A stretch of 48,913 bases of DNA, filler included, from Jimgerdemannia flammicorona (taxonomy: Eukaryota), in assembly GCA_003990765.1 (NCBI GenBank). It is 2 parts of 2 records of this genome, joined end to end, with 100 filler letters (N's around TTAATTAATTAA, not from the genome) between each part and the next. Parts side by side here need not be neighbours in the genome. Positions count along the whole stretch, not along the records: positions 24,512 to 48,913 come from RBNJ01000979.1; 1 more part is not named here. One strand, 5' to 3'. The translations under genes were made by a program, and so were the position numbers. How positions within the stretch are numbered: position 1 is the first letter of the stretch; every line of letters begins with the position of its first letter. The notes below the pieces were generated by a model. It saw only the letters and a program-made list of their open reading frames with translations, was not told where the DNA came from and did no database searches. Below are positions 47,544 through 48,913 of this stretch, one piece after another.

Positions 47544-48913
47544 TTTCTCCAGTAACATTCAGGTTACACAAGACTCAGACAACACTTTCTACAACGTTTT
47601 TGGTGTCCAACGACTAATAACATGGATGGCAACGATCGATCTGGTGAGCGCACTGGCCAGGGGGGTGGCGGCACCTTTGGCTGGCAGCAGGTGGGGAGGA
47701 AGGGAGATGGTTTGGGGATGCCAGGGGCCTCGATGGCTAGCCGGGGCCCCAGCGGCGGAGGGAGGGGAGGTCTGAGGCAGAGAGGAGGGGAGCGGACGAC
47801 CTTTGCTGACAAGGTCAGGATGGGGAAGATGGCTTCTGGGCTGGATAGTTGGCTGGGCCTGGGGAAGGCGTCGATGGCTACTGCCAGGGGTCAGGGAGGT
47901 GCACCCCAGGGTGCCTCTGGTGGTAGGGAAGAGGCCGGAGTAGGGGCTGGAGATGTGATGGTTGATGGAGCTGTGACTGGGGATCTGGCAAAAAATCCAG
48001 ATGTGATAGCAGTTGGCAATTCGGGACATGGAGTGGGCATGAGGCCCGGGGACCTGGCGGATGGGGTGATGGGCATGGTGTCGGCCCTGTTACATACTCA
48101 AGAAGTCGAGGTCCGAATTCGCGGTCATGATGTGCTTCCGGGGCTTGGCAGTGACAGCGAGGATGATTTTGGGGCTGGTGGCGCAGGAGGCTAAGGGAGC
48201 AGCGTCAGTGAAGTTTTTGAGGGGAAAGGAAGGGGTTGAAGTGGGGTTTGAGGAGGAAGATGCCTTGTTGGCAGCCATGGAGAAGGGGGTGATGGTTGGC
48301 GGGGTTGTGGTCCCTATGGCTCAGTGTATGCGCTGGGACCCCCGGGTGGTGCAGTTGATGGTGTTGGACCTCCCTACGGTGTCGAAGGAAAGGACCAGGG
48401 AGTTGGTTGTAGAGGCAATAAAGGAGTATGGTGAGATTGTAGACGTGGGGTTCAAGGTCTGAGAGGGCACGGAGCTTCGAACTGGAGACGTCGATGTCAG
48501 GGTGAGACTGGCTGGAAAGGAGAACACGGGGAAGTCGAGGGACTGGCCAGCAGCACTGAGGTGGGGTCCGGTGGAGTGTAAGGTCACTAGGGTGAAGGGG
48601 ACTCAGGAGGAGGAGGAGGACCTGCTGGAAGCTCTGGAGGACCTGGAAGGGGCTGTTGCAAGGAGGAGATTAGTCTGGAAGGAGTTCGAGGCCAGGATGG
48701 TGGTGGGAGAGGTGGATGGAAAGAGGGTTTGGATGGAGAAAGGGGCCTGGGAGAAGATGCAGGGGAGGAGGATTCAGAAGGAGTTATTGGCAAAGTTGGA
48801 CGGGGGTAGGGCTGGTGGAAGCTCCAGGGAGGGGGCTGCAGGGTTGCAGGAGAGTGCCTGGGTGGAAGGAGGAGAGATGGCCCAGGGTGGGGCTCCGACT
48901 GGAGGTAGGGAGG
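47544..48913 (+). mobile_element. 5' part of a LINE-like element: short 5' UTR and disrupted ORF1 from 47622
   Basis: Same family as 1-254. Gly-rich N-terminus, TFADKVR, then an RRM-like region (VEVGFEEEDALLAAMEKGV...LDLP...EAIKEYGEIVDVGF) typical of L1/Tx1 ORF1. G-rich sense strand like the LINE at 3591-5500. No RT inside the window for this copy. Confidence 0.7.

Noticed and set aside
1..48913. Inverted ~250-bp repeat near both window ends, suggesting a giant TIR element
   Set aside because: Both are outward-facing 5' ends of one LINE-like family that continue beyond the window, and an artificial spacer lies between them.

Overview
Eukaryotic, most likely fungal, repeat-rich DNA. The GST and P450 look like Mucoromycota proteins to me (recognition, not a search). 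A 100-bp artificial spacer (44 N + TTAATTAATTAA + 44 N, 24412-24511) splits the window, so the two halves need not be neighbours. There is one apparently intact host gene, a 4-exon CPYA-type glutathione transferase (28342-29252), and one cytochrome P450 pseudogene (~280-1550). Nearly all the rest is nested, hypermutated retroelements: two full-length Ty3/Gypsy elements (13292-22881 +, 31120-41373 -), partial copies, a more distant Gypsy, three Ty1/Copia remnants, L1/Tx1-like LINE pieces and a non-coding ~2.2 kb LTR element. The most novel-looking signal is the Gypsy group. It has an MLV-like tRNA-Pro primer site, an unexplained Cys/His-rich insert, a dUTPase plus a possible degenerate second dUTPase fold between protease and RT, a conserved ~170-aa extra ORF in the env position, a hairpin just before the polypurine tract, and 4-bp TSDs with a recurring oriented flank (RTAG-ATA). 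The repeats also show RIP-like CpA/TpG to TpA decay while the host gene is spared.
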